From contig OZ245033.1 of the NCBI GenBank assembly GCA_965224025.1, forward strand, positions 1,600,001-1,664,000: a stretch of 64,000 nt of DNA. The letters are read 5' to 3'. How positions within the stretch are numbered: position 1 is the stretch's first letter; every line of letters starts with the position of its first letter. A program made the translations under genes and the position numbers. Shown here in pieces: positions 62,235 to 64,000 of this stretch. The notes beneath the pieces are model-generated. The model did not search any database, was not told the DNA's origin, and was given only the letters and a program-made list of their open reading frames with translations. Origin of the DNA: Candidatus Multivorans sp. Its GTDB lineage: Bacteria > Acidobacteriota > Thermoanaerobaculia > Multivoradales > Multivoraceae.

Positions 62235-64000
62235 ATGAGACCCACTCTTCGCCGGCTCGCTCCGGCTCTTGTTCTCCCCCTCTTGGCCTGCTCCACCGAC
62301 ACCTTCGACCCCGGGCCCGTCGAGTATCCGGAAACCCGGCAGGTGGACCAGGTCGACGACTACTTCGGGGTCGAGGTCGCCGACCCCTACCGCTGGCTCG
62401 AGGACCTCGACGGCGAGGAGACCGCGGCCTGGGTGGCGGCGCAGAACGCCGTTGCCGAGCCGTTCCTGGCCGCGCTTCCCGGCCGCTCGGCGATCGAGGA
62501 CCGGTTGCGGGAGATCTGGAACTACGAGCGCTGGAGCACGCCGAGCAAGCGCGGCGAGCGCTACTTCTACAACCACAACGACGGGCTCCAGGACCAGAGC
62601 GTCATGTACGTGGCGGAACAAGTGGACCGGGTGGGCGACGAGCCGCCGGGCCGCGTGCTGCTGGACCCGAACAGTTGGAGCGACGACGCGACGGTGGCGC
62701 TGGCCGGGTTCGCGCCCAGCCGGGACGGTCGCTTCGTGGCCTACGCGCAGTCGGACGGCGGTTCGGACTGGCGGACGTGGAAGGTCCACGATGTCGAAAG
62801 CGGCAAGGACACCGGCGACCTGATCGATTTCACGAAGTTCACGTCCATCTCCTGGATGCCCGACAACTCCGGCTTCTTCTACAGCCGCTACCCCCCGCGC
62901 GAAGACGATCCGACGAAGGGCGACGGTTCGAAGGCCGTTTCCGTCTACTTCCACGCCCTGGGCACGGACCAGGCGGAGGACCGGCTGGTCTTCAGCCAGC
63001 CGGAGCATCCACGCCGCAATCCGTACGCCTCGGTCTCCGAGGACGGCGAGTACCTGCTCGTCAACCTCCAGGAGGGCTACCTGGAGAACGCGGTGCACTA
63101 TCGGAAGATCGACGAGCCGGATTCCGCGATCCGGCCCCTGCTCGACCAGTGGGATGCGCTCTACGGTTACGTCGTGAACCTCGGTTCCGTGTTCCTGTTC
63201 GAAACGAACAAGGATGCGTCGCGCAACCGCATCGTCGCGGTGGACGTCGACGAGAAGGGCACGCCCGGCAACCCGACGCTCCATGAGGTCCTTCCCGAGT
63301 CCGAGGACACGCTGTCCTACGTGTCGGCGGTCGGCGGCAAGCTGGTCCTGAACTACCTGCACGACGCCCGCACCGTGGTCCGCCTTGCCGATCCGAACGG
63401 CACCCAGCCGGCAACTCCGGCCGGCGAGGTCGAACTGCCCGGAATCGGCACCGCCGGCGGCTTCGGCGGCCGCTGGGAGGACACCGAGACCTACTACTCG
63501 TACTCCAGCTTCGGCACGCCGTCGCAGATCCATCGCTACGACGTGGCGTCAGGCGAGAGCCAGTTGATCCGCAGCCCCGCGATTGACGCCGACCTCGACG
63601 GCTACGAAACGGAGCAGGTCTTCTACGAGAGCGCCGACGGCACCCGCATCCCGATGTTCATCACCCACCGCGCGGGTATCGAGAGGAACGGCGACAATCC
63701 GACTCTGCTCTACGGCTACGGCGGCTTCAACATCTCGCTCACGCCCGGATTCTCCTCGTCGCGGCTGGCGTGGCTCGAGATGGGCGGCGTGCTGGCGATC
63801 CCGAACCTGCGCGGCGGCGGCGAGTACGGCCGCGAGTGGCACCTGGCGGGCACGAAGCAGGACAAGCAGAACGTCTTCGACGACTTCATCGGCGCCGCTG
63901 AATGGTTGATCGCCGAGGGCTACACGAGCGCCGGGGGGATCGCGATCCAGGGCGGCAGCAACGGCGGCCTCCTGGTCGGCGCGACGCTCAACCAGCGCCC
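62235..64000 (+). CDS. Prolyl oligopeptidase (S9A), lipoprotein; runs off window edge
   Basis: Hand translation MRPTLRRLAPALVLPLLAC (lipobox), VADPYRWLE, LLDPN, YGYGGF, NLRGGGEYG, NVFDDF, catalytic GGSNGG; TATAAT at 62218-62223. Confidence 0.95.
   Translation, partial: MRPTLRRLAPALVLPLLACSTDTFDPGPVEYPETRQVDQVDDYFGVEVADPYRWLEDLDGEETAAWVAAQNAVAEPFLAALPGRSAIEDRLREIWNYERWSTPSKRGERYFYNHNDGLQDQSVMYVAEQVDRVGDEPPGRVLLDPNSWSDDATVALAGFAPSRDGRFVAYAQSDGGSDWRTWKVHDVESGKDTGDLIDFTKFTSISWMPDNSGFFYSRYPPREDDPTKGDGSKAVSVYFHALGTDQAEDRLVFSQPEHPRRNPYASVSEDGEYLLVNLQEGYLENAVHYRKIDEPDSAIRPLLDQWDALYGYVVNLGSVFLFETNKDASRNRIVAVDVDEKGTPGNPTLHEVLPESEDTLSYVSAVGGKLVLNYLHDARTVVRLADPNGTQPATPAGEVELPGIGTAGGFGGRWEDTETYYSYSSFGTPSQIHRYDVASGESQLIRSPAIDADLDGYETEQVFYESADGTRIPMFITHRAGIERNGDNPTLLYGYGGFNISLTPGFSSSRLAWLEMGGVLAIPNLRGGGEYGREWHLAGTKQDKQNVFDDFIGAAEWLIAEGYTSAGGIAIQGGSNGGLLVGATLNQR

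Overview
High-GC bacterial chromosomal window that is mostly housekeeping and catabolic genes. The gene style (Calx-beta autotransporter-like adhesin, many secreted peptidases) suggests, by inference only, an Acidobacteriota-like marine or sponge-associated organism. From left to right: ABC-2 exporter genes; M14 peptidase; putP-like symporter; M28 peptidase; serine hydrolase; apaH; Calx-beta surface protein. Next is a minus-strand menaquinone cluster (GbsR-type regulator, polyprenyl synthase, ubiE/menG, menF, menD, menH, menB, menA, menE). It lacks menC, is split by a 1390-aa SNF2 helicase and ends in a translationally coupled PGM1-like ATP-grasp gene. Then come amidase, M23 peptidase, tatD, an Fpg-like gene, two bPH genes, rocD, an outer-membrane protein, FNR, a decayed SNF2 + actin/Hsp70-fold ATPase + higBA islet, pruA, MscS, a DEAD-box helicase, two Zn-dehydrogenases, pheA, lhgO, a PD-(D/E)XK pair, an ImmA/DUF4411 relic and prolyl oligopeptidase. 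No tRNA, rRNA, transposase, cas gene or true CRISPR array was seen. The most notable unexplained signals are: (1) a ~65-bp double-hairpin element in three dispersed copies (5703-5766, 34286-34352, 42253-42319) with compensatory and G-T changes on one strand, one copy apparently translated inside a gene; (2) an exact 36-bp duplication flanking a 30-bp insert (46359-46460), the geometry of an ectopic type II CRISPR spacer integration; (3) defence-type genes eroded by internal deletions that keep both ends; (4) a switch-like 5' leader on the DEAD-box gene; (5) the unusual extra genes and a probable CTG start in the men operon. All family calls come from motif recognition by eye; no database search was run.
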